Shown here: positions 1 through 15,454 of the stretch, piece by piece
How positions within the stretch are numbered: position 1 is the stretch's first letter
How the letters are laid out: each line of letters begins with the position of its first letter
Source of the DNA: Eledone cirrhosa
Lineage: Eukaryota
Reading direction: 5' to 3'
NCBI GenBank assembly: GCA_964016885.1
Contig: OZ024743.1
Coordinates: 216,380,001 to 216,444,000 of the forward strand
DNA length: 64,000 nt
Notes under the pieces: generated by a model
Told to the model about the DNA's origin: nothing
Seen by the model: only the letters and a program-made list of their open reading frames with translations
The model's database searches: none
Program-made: the position numbers and the translations under genes

Positions 1-26
1 TACATACATGCACAAACTCTCACACG

Positions 27-292
<266 letters not shown>

Positions 293-361
293 TAGAAATT
301 AATCAACAAGAGGATGCATTAGCAAAAAAATCATCTTAGTTTCACGCTTTGAAAAACGAGT

Positions 362-405
362 TTTAAACAGTTTACATATCGGGCATTTGCCCTTCATCAG
401 GAAAA
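362..405 (-). ncRNA. Degenerate hammerhead-like motif
   Basis: Minus strand: ttttc CTGATGA a gggc-aaat-gccc GATA tgtaaact GTT taaaa. GAAA box mutated; stems I and III imperfect. Confidence 0.35.
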
Positions 406-483
406 GCAGTGTTCAGAGTGTAGAAAAAGACGAAGTGGACAGTGGATGTATTTATGTCGGAATGTGAGCATACGTTAATAATT

Positions 484-660
484 GTTTCTACTATTGGCAC
501 AAGGCCAGCAATTAACCAGTACATTAATGGTACTTTATTTTATCGACCCCGTAAGGATGAAAGGTAAAGTTAACCCCGGCGGGATTTGAACTCAGAATGG
601 CAAGGGCCGTAACTCTATGCGTCAAATCATGGTGTCCAACCCTCTACCGATACTGCCAAG
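484..660 (-). mobile_element. tRNA-derived SINE with Nin/Deu-like central domain
   Basis: Reverse complement contains ttctgagttcaaatcccgccggggttaactttacctttcatccttacggggtcgataaataaagtacc...ggccttgtgcc; second copy at 2680-2860. Confidence 0.8.
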
Positions 661-844
661 ATAATGACGTGTGCCCGCGCACATGTATAAACACATATAT
701 ATATATATATATGCTCAAGTATGTGTGGTGGGGTGAGTTAGTAATGTTGATTGGTCGTGGTTGTAATATGGGTGGATATTCTAGACATAGTTGTAGTGGG
801 TTAAAAGATATTAGTAACTATTAGAAAGTGAAGAAATATTTAAC

Positions 845-918
845 TATTTCATTTGATTAACGGGCTGGACGTTTCTGTAAGGATCCTCTAGTTTCTTGAA
901 ACCTTTGGTAATGGAATA
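845..918 (+). ncRNA. Hammerhead-like motif with degenerate core
   Basis: Stem I tatttcat/atggaata, core TTGATTA, stem II gggctgga/tctagttt, then GAAA CC-TTT-GG TA; followed by (TA)n. Confidence 0.5.
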
Positions 919-955
919 ACTATATTATGATGTTTATTATCTAATTAAGTAATAG

Positions 956-1068
<113 letters not shown>

Positions 1069-1078
1069 CACATATATA

Positions 1079-1117
<39 letters not shown>

Positions 1118-1150
1118 TCTTGACAATTACTATCTTCCCATATAAGGAAG

Positions 1151-1248
1151 TACCCCTTGATAAGTTTGGCTATTTATTTACCAGGTTAAAAATTCTTACT
1201 TAGTCCAGAAATAGCCGTCGAAACGGCTTGAGCTCTGCCGTCGGGATC
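1151..1248 (+). ncRNA. Type I hammerhead ribozyme, U3-A8 core variant
   Basis: ccc TTGATAA g..ggctattt...aaatagcc..c GAAA CGGC-ttgagctct-GCC GTC ggg. Lies in a TA-flanked fragment (1115-1260); the same family 3' end recurs at 30427-30517. Confidence 0.65.
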
Positions 1249-1255
1249 ACACGTT

Positions 1256-1610
<355 letters not shown>

Positions 1611-2679
1611 TATATATAGCTATGTATGAGAGATATCGAGGCCACATCAATAATTTCATTTATATTTCAAGACATAGCATACAAACATACATATATACAC
1701 ACAATCATGCATACATGCACACATACAAACATACGTACGGACATATGTATACCCGGAGTTGATATTGCTGAACAATGTTGAACAGCAGTAGATTTTCTTC
1801 TTTTTTTTATGAAGTCATATTAGGTTTAATACAAAGCAACTGGATTTGACTTGGAGTTTCATCACGTCTTTCTAATTAGTTCTGCGATAGGTTTACCATT
1901 TGTTTTGTGAATTTATATCTCTTTCGTTTCTCCTAGGTGTGGCAAATAAAAGCAAAATCCTTAACAACTAATATCAGCAACAACATCTGTAACAACATAT
2001 CATTTGCTAGCTTTCGTAAATGAAAATAATTATGCGACAGTTTGTCAGTGGCCGAAGAAAATGCTACATGGTAGTGGTGTGTCATTAATTGCATGTTTAT
2101 CCAATGATGTTGTTGTAGAATGAGTAAGTGATGACTCATCTCTTCTTTGCAAACAAGTTAAAGATGTACAAGTGCATTCAAAATATACTTGAAAGAAATG
2201 TAATGAGTTCGAACATGGTTTCCAAGCTTGAAGACAAGGCAAAGAAACAAACAGAAACGATGTACCACACACCTATATATAAACTTATTTCATGATACAT
2301 GATACAACGTAACTAGATGATCAAGGCTAAGAACACCGGGGTGGAACTTACCACATGCCTTGTTTTCTTTGTGCTGCACTAAGTATATATGATGTGTGTG
2401 AAGGTGGCGAGAAATTGCATGTAATCGTTGAAGTGTCTAGATAGACACAGATGGTCTAACAACTCGTAGACTATTCCGGAGAAATATTTACTAGTGTAAA
2501 ATGAGAAAAGTGATGTGACTGGCGGTATTTAACAAACTGTCTACTCGTTTTACTTGTGGCAGTGAGAATGATTTTATATATTTCTACATAGTGGAGCTTG
2601 AAACGCTGAGGATTGGACAGAGTGAACAGTAACACAGCTAGCAGTGTAAATAGATGGGCTTCGAAACTGCAATTTAAAC

Positions 2680-2860
2680 ACTGGTTGTATCGGTAACGTC
2701 GGACAACATGGCATCGCCACATTGAGGTACAGCCCTTTACGCTCTGGGTCTAAATCCCGCCGAGGTTGACTTTGCCTTTCATCCTTACGGGGTCGATAAA
2801 ATAAAGCACCAGTAATGAACTGGTGTAATTGCTGGTCTTGTGCCCAAAGTAGACACAATT
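2680..2860 (+). mobile_element. tRNA-derived SINE with Nin/Deu-like domain
   Basis: taaatcccgccgaggttgactttgcctttcatccttacggggtcgataaaataaagcaccag...cttgtgcc; matches 484-660. Confidence 0.8.
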
Positions 2861-3099
2861 ATAAGACTATCGCGGTTTCTACTATTAGTTGCAGCTCTGC
2901 AGGTTTTGAAACAAACCTTGTCCGTTTTCTCAAAAGCTTCATAAAGCGTTTAATAGTAGTAGTAGTAGTCAACAGATAAGAAAAACCTCTCCTATTCATC
3001 ACATTTATCCATCTCGATTACAGAAACCAAATAATGGAACTGATTCAATTGATCCCACATTGTACTTCACTATTTCAAGGTTAGTTTTCAATATACAGA

Positions 3100-3560
3100 A
3101 ATCATTATGAACATTATCCAAAGGAACCTCTACGTAGCCGGTGTCCCGTTACAATTAGATCCCGCTAGCCTCTACCGTGGTAACGAAGACGGCTATTACG
3201 GATTAATCCACTTCCCTTTCGAGGGAGGGAGGGGAAAATCTCTAATTTGGAATGCGACTTTCAGCAACTCATTCTCTGATTCCCGACTTCTCTCTTCGGC
3301 CACCAACCTGGGCTCCACTAACCGCAATATGGTGGAGAGGAATATACTTAAATACCAGGCATGCCGGACCGCTTCCTATTCTACCGGTCACTCTCGAGAC
3401 CTCTGGCCTCCTTGGTTCCCGCACTGAGGATTTGCTCTATACAGTCGGAAAAACAGTGGCCCGCTTGTAGAAAGTGCTAGGGGGGCTGTTGCAGCGCTCC
3501 TTTCTGACCATTCTCCGTGGTAAGGAATTTGTCACACATCAGACTGGGTGTAGTGTGTGG
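3100..3560 (+). pseudogene. CRE-clade non-LTR retrotransposon restriction-like endonuclease remnant
   Basis: Frameshifted peptides LDPASL..., GKSLIWNAT, ERNILKY, LPVTLETSG, LLQRSFLTILRGK resemble the CRE pattern EP..L..RPDG..WDxT..E..K..KY..P...ET.G..QRxS.AI.RGN. Confidence 0.6.
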
Positions 3561-4432
3561 CCTTCTCCTTACTCTTTCGTTCGCTGCTTGATCCCTTTTT
3601 TCTTTTTCTTCTTTTGATTTCCTTTTTTGTTTCTTCATGTTTGTTTCTTTTAGTGGTGTGTTCTATTTTTATTAGATATTGCTCAATTATGTTTATATAA
3701 TAACAATGGCGTTTCATGTCATTTTGAGATCTTGTATATTGAATATGTTTGTTTTCCATTTCAATTATCTTTTAAAAAATAAGTCTATTTTGTATTTAAA
3801 ACAAACGAATATTATTTATTATGAAATGTATTAATGTTGTTTAGCTGTGTGATCGGATTTTGTTTATTTAAGATAATTCATTAGCATTGTGTTATATAAT
3901 TTATGGTTTTCAAGAGCGTTTTATTTCTCGCATCAAGGGTATAACTGAAAAATGATATTTATGGTAGGGATTGTTGTTTTTTTGTTTTTTGTTTTTTGTT
4001 TTTTTTAACATAATGTCAGTCAAGCACTTCGAGAGGGACGAACAGGAAATTATTGATTTAATACTTACAATCATATATGGTGTGTATAAAGTCTTGGAAA
4101 CGACAAAACACACTGAGCTTTTTGATACATAAATGCCATTTTGTTAATTACAACTATTTCCTGTAGAAAGAAAGATGTAAGACGTATTCAAAAAAAGTTT
4201 AAACTTGAAATGAATAATTAAAAAAAAGGAAAATTTTAAATCTCGAATAGTATCCATGACCAGGTGTTTTATAATCAGAGAAAGACTTTTTACTCGCCCT
4301 GTAAATATATTCATTCGCCTCCTCTCCATCTCTCTCTTTATTTCTATTTTTCGGTCTCTTTCCCTCACACTGTGTACGTGTCTTTATGTGTAAGTATATA
4401 TATATGTGTGTGTGTGTATATGCATACACACA

Positions 4433-4474
<42 letters not shown>

Positions 4475-4584
4475 AATACATATATATATATAATTTCTTT
4501 TTTTTGTCGATCGACTGTCGTCAAATCGGACCGTGGAAACAATGTTTCCGTTGGTCTTTCCAGCTGCTAATACTATCTAACTCA

Positions 4585-4715
4585 ACTCTAGGTAGAAGGA
4601 GCAATGAGAAATAAAGCGTCTTGCTCAAGGACATAACGCATCGCCCGGTCCAGGAATTGCACTGACAACCTCACGATTGCGAATCGAGTTCTCTAACCAC
4701 ACAGCCACACGCCTT
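4585..4715 (-). mobile_element. tRNA-derived SINE
   Basis: Reverse complement: ggcgtgtggctgtgtggttagag (A-box-like)...gtgcaattcc (B-box-like)...tgtccttgagcaagacgcttta. Confidence 0.7.
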
Positions 4716-4725
4716 CACCTATCTA

Positions 4726-4818
<93 letters not shown>

Positions 4819-4849
4819 AAGCGAGACAACAACACACGCACACACGCAC

Positions 4850-5316
4850 ACAGTAACATTTAACAAACAGGCAGAGAATGGACTGACAGCTAGCGCCATC
4901 CCACTCCCTCATTCGGCCGCTGACCTCTGTACGACCGACCCCATTTCACGCACACGCGCGCTCTGCCGAATACCTCAGATATTCAAATCAACAAACAGGG
5001 AAAGACGCGTTCCGAGTTGTCCGACAGACAACCTTTTCCCCCACCCGGAAAAAACTAAAAAAAAAAACCAGTTGATGGATGTGAATCCGAAATATATAGG
5101 GACTATTAAATCTCTCCCAAGGTAACTCTCTCTTGTGTTGTCATTTTTATTTTTATCCTTTATACTCTTCCATTCATTCTACACATCTCACACATCTTAT
5201 ACACACCACGCATCTCAACGTACACCCACTTACATCTCTCTCTCCACCACCGGACCTTGTTACCCGGAGATTTACCCATTTGCATTGTCGATGCTTCCAA
5301 ACGACTTAAAGATATT

Positions 5317-5320
<4 letters not shown>
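4850..5320 (+). mobile_element. HHR-like repeat family fragment
   Basis: 5068-5320 matches 34046-34268 (cagttgatggatgtgaatccgaaatatataggg...); ends in (TA)n. Confidence 0.7.
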
Positions 5321-5361
<41 letters not shown>

Positions 5362-5404
5362 TAAATAACAGATTAAAGTTTTTAGACTTCAAATTTATTA
5401 TTAT

Positions 5405-7042
<1,638 letters not shown>

Positions 7043-7388
7043 TACTTTTCTATTGGTCAATTCAAAACCTGTTCCCAAACAGACCTATTATATTAAATCT
7101 TTGTTAGTTTTTTTCAATAAACAAATATCATTATTTCCTAAGAGTGCATATATATGTGTAGGTATGTATATTCCCTCTGATAGTTTGTAAAACTTTTACA
7201 TAGATCTATATAATATACATACCAACGCACACATATATATCCTAGAAACGATCGTAAAATGATGAATTGTTTAATATAAGGAACTGTTTCTTTGTTTTTA
7301 TTCATTATTTTTATTGATTTATATATATATATAAATTAATAAAAATAATGAATAAAAACAAATAAACAGTTCCTTATATTAAAAAATT

Positions 7389-7529
7389 AATCATTTTACG
7401 ATCGTTTCTAGGATATATATGTGTGTGTTGGTATGTATATCATATAGTTCTATGTAAAAGTTTTACAAACTATCAGAGGGAATATACATACCTACACACA
7501 TATGTATATGTTGTCTTCAGAAATAATGA
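7389..7529 (-). ncRNA. Hammerhead in the downstream pLTR (long stem II)
   Basis: tcattattt CTGAAGA [~105 nt hairpin] GAAA C-GATC-G TA aaatgatt. Confidence 0.75.
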
Positions 7530-8258
7530 TATTTGTTTATTGAAAACAAATCAACAAACATTTAATATAATAGTTCTGTTTGGGAATAGGTTTTGAATTG
7601 ACCAATAGAAAAGTAGTAAGTGGTCAAGTTGATAGAATAGTAGTAGTAGAAATTTAATTTAGGTGTAGAGGAATGCAGACTTCAGTTTTGAATGGAAAGA
7701 GTATTTTGAATGAAAAGATTACTTTGGGGATGAAAATAGGTCACGCCGGTGGAAGGTACACGAACATTTGATGTTATTAAAGAATAATGCTGATGTTAAA
7801 ATCTAAGGAGAATAAAATGTTACTATAAATGTGTTAGTGAAAAATATCAATTGTATTTAAAACATAAGGAATATATATCAATAAAAAGAAATTAAATTAA
7901 TTTAATTGATAGGTATATTTATAGGGATACATTTATATTAATTCATATAGATATGATAAATAAGAGTTAGATGTTATTAAAGATTGTTGTTAAAAACGAA
8001 GCAAAAAAAAATGTTTTTTTTTGGGGGGGGGGGGATAAATGTATTAGTGAGAAGTAACATACTTATGTAGCTTATAAGGAATTTAGATTCATAACAGGAA
8101 ATTAAAATAGTTTATATGTATACTTATTGGTATAAATTTTAGGAAAAGATAGCTGTAAAAGGGAAATAAAATCATGCAGTTCTTATTAGTAGAATATTAA
8201 TAATAGGTTAACTAATTAAAAAAAATAAGTTATAATAATTTGTAAAATATCGTGTATA

Positions 8259-10746
8259 TTAATTAGGTTTATAATATTTGAAAGTTTTTCTAATTCTATG
8301 ATTGCATGATATAATTAATTCTTGTCGCTTATTTAATAGGATATCTTAGATTTCATTATTTCAAAAAGTTCCTGGGAACATAATCTACATTCATATCTAT
8401 TATTTTGATAAGCGGTGGCCCTTTTGAGCACACTCCAGGTCAGGTTATAATCGATATTCTTTTTTTCTATAATTATTAATTATTTCAGCTAAGCAAGTTG
8501 TATTAGCTAATGCGGCATTTTTAAAACTGTGTTTGTGGGTATTAAATCTTACTTTAAATTGGCTAGAAGTAGCTCCTATATATGAATAAGTTGAGTTCTT
8601 AGTGCTAATTTTACATTTATATACTATATTATTAATAAGGCAATTTCCTTTTAATGGGCGATTTGCTTTGTTTCTACAGTTACAACCTTTCGTGAATGTT
8701 ATATCAGGGGAGTTAGTCAAATTAGGTGTGGAATTTTCTCCACTTGTTGTATGTGAAGGAGATGGTAGTTTGCTGTGGTTTATTTTAGTATTATGGTTAG
8801 TTTGATGTGTTGGTGGTATATCCATGGGTTTTTTACATTTATATGCATTGTAGGCACTTATATTTTGTTGTATATTTTTGGTTGTTGAGTAGGAAATTTG
8901 ACCGTTGATCTATTTAAAATTTGATGGTATTTATTATTTGGCGGGAAGTTTTTCTCTAGGATAGTAGAAAATGTTTTAGGTATATTATCATTAATTTGTA
9001 GATTAAATGGAGCATTATACCAAGTAACTCGTCTATTACGGTTTCGATGTTGTTTTTTATTATTATACGATGTATCCTGATGTTTACTAAGAGAATTAGT
9101 ATTAGTGATTTTATTACACATATTTTTAGTTAGATTCACTGATTTAGGTGTTTTAGCCTGATTATTAGGAATTTTGTTAGTAATGTTATTAACATATATT
9201 GGAATATTAGGATGAATGTTTTTTTGAAAGTTATTATATTGTATATTAGAAGAGGTAGAGAAATTAAATTTTAAGTTGGTATTTTTGGGTATAGTGTCAG
9301 TGGCATTTAGGTGTGTATATTTCATTTGGTGTTTGTTGGTAATATTGGGTTGTATGTTTGTAGTATTATTGGTACAAGGTATATATACTAATTTGTTTTT
9401 GTGGCAGCTTCTAGCTAAAGCTTCGTTATAAAAGGTCGCATTTTTATCGAATACATCCTGGTTAGATGAAAGGATAGAAATTCTGAGTGAGATATTATAT
9501 GCTAGGTTTTTAAGGATAGATTTAGGGTGATTAGATTTTGAGTGTATGTAATGTAAGTTTTAGTTAGGTTTATGGTAAGGTTGGTAGATACCTGTAGATA
9601 AGTCTAAAGTTATATCAAGGAAATGAACTACTTTACTTGTGTTTTCAAATGTAATAGTGAGTCTATAATAGTCTTTGAGGAAAGTTCTAATAAGTTTTTT
9701 ATTTTTTTCAATTTCTGATAGGCTAAGATTAGTGGAAAGAAGAAGACAGTCATCACGATATAAACCACCTTTAAGGTGGGGAAAAGAAACATTTATGTTA
9801 AATAGAAGAAAGAGGCCCACAAGATCGGTAATTTGGGCAGAATCGCTAGAGCCCATAGTAATGTCGAATAGATTACTATCTGTATTTCTGGTCCAGTATT
9901 CCTTCTGAAATTCCAGTAGTGTTTGTCTAGTGTGCGTGATAATATTAATGTCAACCATAGTTAAGTTTGATCTATTTTTGGCAAATATCAAGGCTTTGTT
10001 CAGGAGTATGGGTGATATAGATGGATAATAAGCATCTATATCCAATTGTAGAAATGAAGCAGATGATTTATTTCTAATATTAGTAAACCAGTTAATTACC
10101 TGGGATGTGTTTTCCCAGAGTGGTAAATTAACATGTTTTCTTAATTGTGGGATGACTCTATCTAAAATTGTTTTACTAATGACGCCAATGTCAGATTTGG
10201 AAGGGTATATAAGTCTCATAGAAGGATTAGAGATAACATTAGATTTGTGATCTTTCAGGTTAAAATGTGGTGTTTACAGTGCCAAAGGTTCAGTTCTGTC
10301 TTCAATCTTGAGTTTATTTACTATGTTGTGTGTTTTGTTGTTGATATTGTTAAGTGCCGCATTATTTGTTTTTTTATAATGTGGTACAGATTTCCAGTTT
10401 TGTCAGAGTGGACATGGATTTTTTTAGATTTTTTTAGATCCAATAGGGTAGAATCAAGATCCTTTTGAAAATTAGATTTATATTTCTTAAATTTGAGGTG
10501 TTTGATTAAGGTAAAAAGGTCTTTCTCGAAGTTTTCAAGCAAGGAGTTGTGTGGTGGGTTCTTATATGTAGTGAAATCATATAAATATTTCTTATCAGTA
10601 CATTTTGTTTTTTTATCAAAGTGGTAGGCCCTCCATCTGACCCTTTTGATGAATTGGTTGGTTTTTTGTATCATAAGAAGTAAGAATTCATCCTTAGAAG
10701 GTATTGGTATATTCTTTAAAGAAGTTCCCAAGTATTGTTTTTCCAT
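8259..10746 (-). pseudogene. PLE RT plus C-terminal GIY-YIG endonuclease, frameshifted
   Basis: N-terminal SLKNIPIPS, DKTGNLY, QLDIDAYYPSI, FDITMGSSDSAQITDLVG, GLYRDD, FLDITLDL, WYNAPF, CNC...C..IVY...YIG, CRLC, LNKRQEL..SCNH. Confidence 0.93.
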
Positions 10747-11043
10747 TGTGATAAGGATAATGGACAATAAAAAGAGCTCAACTATAAATATAGGGAGTTA
10801 TAAAATTATATATATATAGAAATATGAATACCTTTATAAAATTAGGAGCAAAGTACGTAGATAAATCTACCAAAATATACGGTAGTGTCCAATCCGTATG
10901 AAGAACTCAATGTAATCCAAATATCATGAAAATAGAAGATGTATTAAAAGTTTTTTCGATGAAAAACACAGGAAAACAGAGTCAAGATAAATTAATAAAA
11001 ATAATGAATAAAAACAAAGAAACATTTCCTTATATTAAAAAAT

Positions 11044-11182
11044 TCATCATTTTACGATCGTTTCTAGGATATATATGTGTGTGTTGGTATGGTATATCAT
11101 ATAGATCTATGTAAAAGTTTTACAAACTATCAGGGAGAATATACATACCTACACATATATATGCTGTCTTCAGAAATAATGG
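11044..11182 (-). ncRNA. Hammerhead in the upstream pLTR (long stem II)
   Basis: cattattt CTGAAGA ... GAAACGATCGTA aaatgatg. Confidence 0.75.
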
Positions 11183-11829
11183 TATTTGTTTATTGAAAAA
11201 AAAACAACAATGATTTAATATAATAGGTCTGTTTGGGAACAGGTTTTGAATTGGCCAATAGAAAAGTAGTAAGTGGTCAAGGTGATAGAATAGTAGTAGT
11301 AGAAATTTAATTTAGGTGTAGAGGAATGCAGACTTCAGTTTTGAATGGAAAGAGTATTTTGAATGAAAAGATTACTTTGGGGATGAAAATAGGACACGCC
11401 GGTGAAAGGTACACGAACATTTGATGTTATTAAAGAATAATGCTAATGTTAAAATCTAAAGAGAATAAAATTTTACTATAAATGTGTTAGTGAAAAATAT
11501 CAATCTTATTTAAAACATGAGGAATATAGATCTATAAAAAGAAATTAAATTAATTTAATTGATAGGTATATTTATAGGGATAAATTTATATTATTCATAT
11601 AGATATGATAAATAAGAGTTAGATATTATTAAAGAATATTGTTAAAAACGAAGGAAAAAAAAAAATATATATATATATATATATACATATATATGCAGAA
11701 GTTATATTTAATTTGTGGGGGATTCAACAAGCTTAACAATTTATAACAGATATAAAGCACTCAAGAGTTTATACTGGAGTAAATATACAATATATTAATA
11801 AATGGAAACTATATTTATAAAACCAGAAT

Positions 11830-11894
11830 TATTTTATTATATATATTTCAAGGGCTACCAAGACAGTCTTGGTGCGCTTTCATCAGATAAAATA
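11830..11894 (-). ncRNA. Canonical minimal type I hammerhead
   Basis: tattttat CTGATGA aagcgc-accaaga-ctg-tcttggt-agccctt GAAA T-ATAT-A TA ataaaata; 8-bp stem I. Element spans about 11695-11950; its tail recurs at 29993-30041 and 31405-31472. Confidence 0.85.
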
Positions 11895-12049
11895 CAAGAT
11901 TTGTTTTATAAATATTGACATAACCGTGGAAAAGCATCCTTGACGGTTGAAAGTTCGCTAGATAGAACTTTCAAGCGTCAAGCAACCCGGAAGTACTGGC
12001 AAGTGTCGCAGATAAGATCGCTGAGGTGTCAAACCCTTTTGCTTCAGCA

Positions 12050-12378
12050 GCACAGGTAGATCGTCGGACGAACCCGTACATAGCGTCCTCGGACTCCAAC
12101 TCCGTGATTTCAGAGCCGCGGGCTATGATCAGAGAGCAGGCTGGTCAAATTAAAGCCCTCTCAAACCAATTAGAGAGCCTGACCTTGCAAACACACCGGC
12201 GGCGCAGCAACAGTCGATCCAGCCCTTTCACCGTTGAAGATCCAGAAGTTCCAGTCAAAATAGTGTGTCTGGCAACCTCTGCTGGTATCACGAAGAATTC
12301 GGCGCACAGGCATCTAGGTGTAGGGCCCCGTGCTCTTTCCAGAATACCACCCCGGGAAACGGGCAGACCATGGTCTAG
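12050..12378 (+). pseudogene. gag: gag C-terminus
   Basis: RRRSNSRS-rich segment followed by CWYHEEFGAQASRCRAPC (12280-12333). Confidence 0.8.
12354..12360 (+). promoter_or_regulatory. Candidate -1 ribosomal frameshift slippery heptamer G GGA AAC
   Basis: In gag phase (ccG GGA AAC), a few codons before the gag stop, at the gag/pol junction. Confidence 0.65.
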
Positions 12379-15300
12379 CGACGACATTCACCCCTGGTAC
12401 TGAAAAGAAAGGTCGTCTATTCTTTTTATTAACAACCAGGCGACAGGCTTCCGTTACCTCGTGGATACAGGAGCCCAGGTTAATGTTATTCCTGTTTCAC
12501 TAATCTCGGGCAAAAGACACCCAACACCGTCCTTTCTGCAGGCAGTGAACCGATCGTTATTTCCGACTTTCGGGGAAAAATCACGGACCCTCAATTTAGG
12601 CCTGAGGCGGCGTTTTCAATGGGTGTTCGTCGTGGAAGACCTGCCGACCCTTATCCTAGGAGCCGATTTTCTACACCACTTCAACCTTCTGGTGGATATG
12701 AAGAACCGGAGGCTTATTGACACCACCACAAACCTCGCTTATATTTACCACGCAATCCACAGTGAGCCCTGTAATTTGCCAGTCAGAGCCTTCGCGGTAC
12801 AACGGCATTCTCCAGAAATAACCAAACATCACTCGCCTGGTATTTAAGGATGGTCCTATTAAGCATAGTGTCACACACCACATCGAGGCAAGAGGACCAC
12901 CCACAGCTGCCCGACCAAGGAGACTACCTCCAGACCGATTGAGAATCGCCAAGCAGTAGTTCCAACACATGCTGGACCTCGGAATCATTCGCCCTTCCTC
13001 CAGCAACTGGTCTGCTCCCCTACACCTTGTTCCTAAAAAAAAAGAACGATTGTCGACCATGTGGGGATTATCGTGCACTTAACAATTCTACAGTGCCCAA
13101 TAATTACCCTGTACCTCACCTGCACGACTGTTCTGCCTCTCTGCAAGGCGCACGCATCTTTTCCAAGATAGATTTGGTGCGTGCATATAACCAGATACCT
13201 ATGGAGTCTGCAGATATTCCGAAGACCGCAATCACAACGCCGTTCGGTTTATTCGAATTCCTGCGAATGCCGTTCGGTCTGCGCAACGCTGCACAAACTT
13301 TTCAGCGGTTTATTGACACCGTGTTACGCAATCTACCCTTCGTATACACGTATATTGACGACGTGCTGGTAGCAAGTACTTCCAACAAAGAACACGAGAA
13401 ACACTTAGATCTCCTTTTCCAACGTTTGGCTGAGTACGGTATCATCATCAACCCCAGCAAGTGCCTTTTAGGCGTTCCTTCACTGTCCTTTCTCGGGCAC
13501 ATCATCGATAACGACGGCATTCGGCCACTTCCCGAGAAAGTAGAAGCTATCCGCAGTTTTTCCGCACCTACATCACTTCGGAGACTGCGTGAATTCCCCC
13601 GTCTGGTGAATTTTTATAGGCGTTTCATCCCTCATTGTTCCGACGCAGCCAGACTCCTCACGGACCTTCTTCGTAACCGGACTCCCCAAAACGAAGAGAT
13701 CACTCTAAACGAGGAAAAATTAACATATTTTAAGGAAATGTTGGCAAACGCTTCCATGCTCGTTTTTCCCAGGTCTGGCGCTCTTCTGTCGCTGCTAGTG
13801 AACGCATCAGATACGGGGGTTGGAGGCGTTTTACAACAACATGTCGACGGCGTGTGGCAACCCTTATCCTTATTTTCTAAGCGGTTGCAACTGGCAGAAA
13901 CGAAATACAGTACCTTTGGTCGCGAACTCTTGGCAACCTATCTTTCGGTTAAGCATGTTCGGCACATGCTCGAAGGATCAAATTTACATGGACCATAAAC
14001 CACTAGTTTATGCGTCCCGTACCAAACCTGATCGACATTCACCGAGAGAACTCCGACACCTGGATTTTGTCTCCCAATATTCAATTGATATTCGGCATAT
14101 CAACGGATCAGACAACGTAGCAGCCGACGCCCTGTCCCGAATCCAGCTGAATGCAATACATGTGCATTCAGGCATCGACCTTCAACAGATCGCAGCTGAC
14201 CAAGAGACTGACGAAGAGTTTATCAAGCTCCGAGATTCGCCATCCCTCAAGTTTCTGCAAGTTCCCATTCCTTCTTCTCCGGGACAAATTTGGTGCGACC
14301 TTTCTACCGGTCATGAACGACCGTACGAACAACAGATGCACCGTCGACAAATTTGTTCTGCTTTACACTGCTTGTCTCACCCGGGAATCCGGGCTACACA
14401 GAAACTCATCTCTGCTCGTTGTGTATGGACTAACATTAGCAAGGACGTGCGCGACTGGTCCAGGAGGTACATTGCCTGCCAGAAAGTCAAAGTCCACAGA
14501 CACATCAAAACTCCACTCGGCACATTCGCGCAACCTGATGTTTTCATCATGTGCATATCGACATCGTCGGACCGCTACCACCATCACAGAACTACACACA
14601 CTTGCTCACCTGCATAGATCGATTTTCCCGTTGGCCTGAGGCTTTCCCCATAAATGATACCTCAGCGGAAACAGTCGCTAAAATTTGGTTTTACACTGGA
14701 TATCACGTTATGGCGACTCAGCGAAGCTAACAACGGACAGAGGACGCCAGGTTGACTCCCACCTCTTCAGGGAACTGACTCGCCTGTTAGGATGTAAACA
14801 CATCCGCACGACAGCTTATCACCCGCAAGCTAATGGTCTCGTGGAAAGATTCAATCGCCAATTGAAAGCTGCAATAAAAGCATATCCAGACAAGACCCAC
14901 TGGTTTGAATACCTACCACTCATCCTTCTGGGCATTCGATCCACCGTTAAGGAGGAATTCGGACACACACCTGCAGAATTAGTGTACGGCACCACCCTGG
15001 TTCTCCTGGTCAGATGGTTGCTCCCATCTCTCCTCAGGATGTTCCAGACCCAGGATCATACGTACACCGTCTTCTACAATATATGTCTCACCTTGCTCCT
15101 GCAAGCACCTGTCAACAGAACACGGCCACACACGTACCTTCAGACATTAAAGATTGGACACACGTTTTCGTTCGAAACGACACCATCTCAGCTCATCTTC
15201 GACGTCCATATTCTGGTCCTTATCTTGTTCTAAAAAAATATCCGAAATATTTTATTCTCGATCTAGATGGTAAACAGAATTCTGTCAGCGTGGACAGATT

Positions 15301-15454
15301 AAAAAAAGCCATCATGGATACTGTTACAGTATCTACACCAGAAACTCCAACAGATTGCTGTCCCAGCAAGCCACCTGTTTCATATCCAGTCACGAGAAGT
15401 GGACGACGTGTCCATTGGCCCGCCAAGTTGGCACAATATGTGAATTACCCTTAA
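12360..15454 (+). pseudogene. pol: pol polyprotein (protease, RT, RNase H, integrase) with stops and frameshifts
   Basis: LVDTGAQV; [10 protein letters not shown]; FSKIDL; [14 protein letters not shown]; YIDD; NASDTGVGG; DHKPL; NVAADALSR; HPG..CQ; HIDIVGP; TDRGRQ; NGLVERF; PYSGPY. Confidence 0.95.

Larger units (their letters stand above)
7043..11663 (-). mobile_element. Near full-length Penelope-like element (Naiad-type) with direct pseudo-LTRs and an inverted pLTR fragment
   Basis: pLTR about 10990-11663 is repeated at about 7330-8010; 7043-7320 is an inverted copy; RT-GIY-YIG ORF in between; (TA)n at both ends. Confidence 0.92.

Noticed and set aside
1933-2330. Possible decayed coding sequence
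   Set aside because: Multiple stops and no motif I could recognise.
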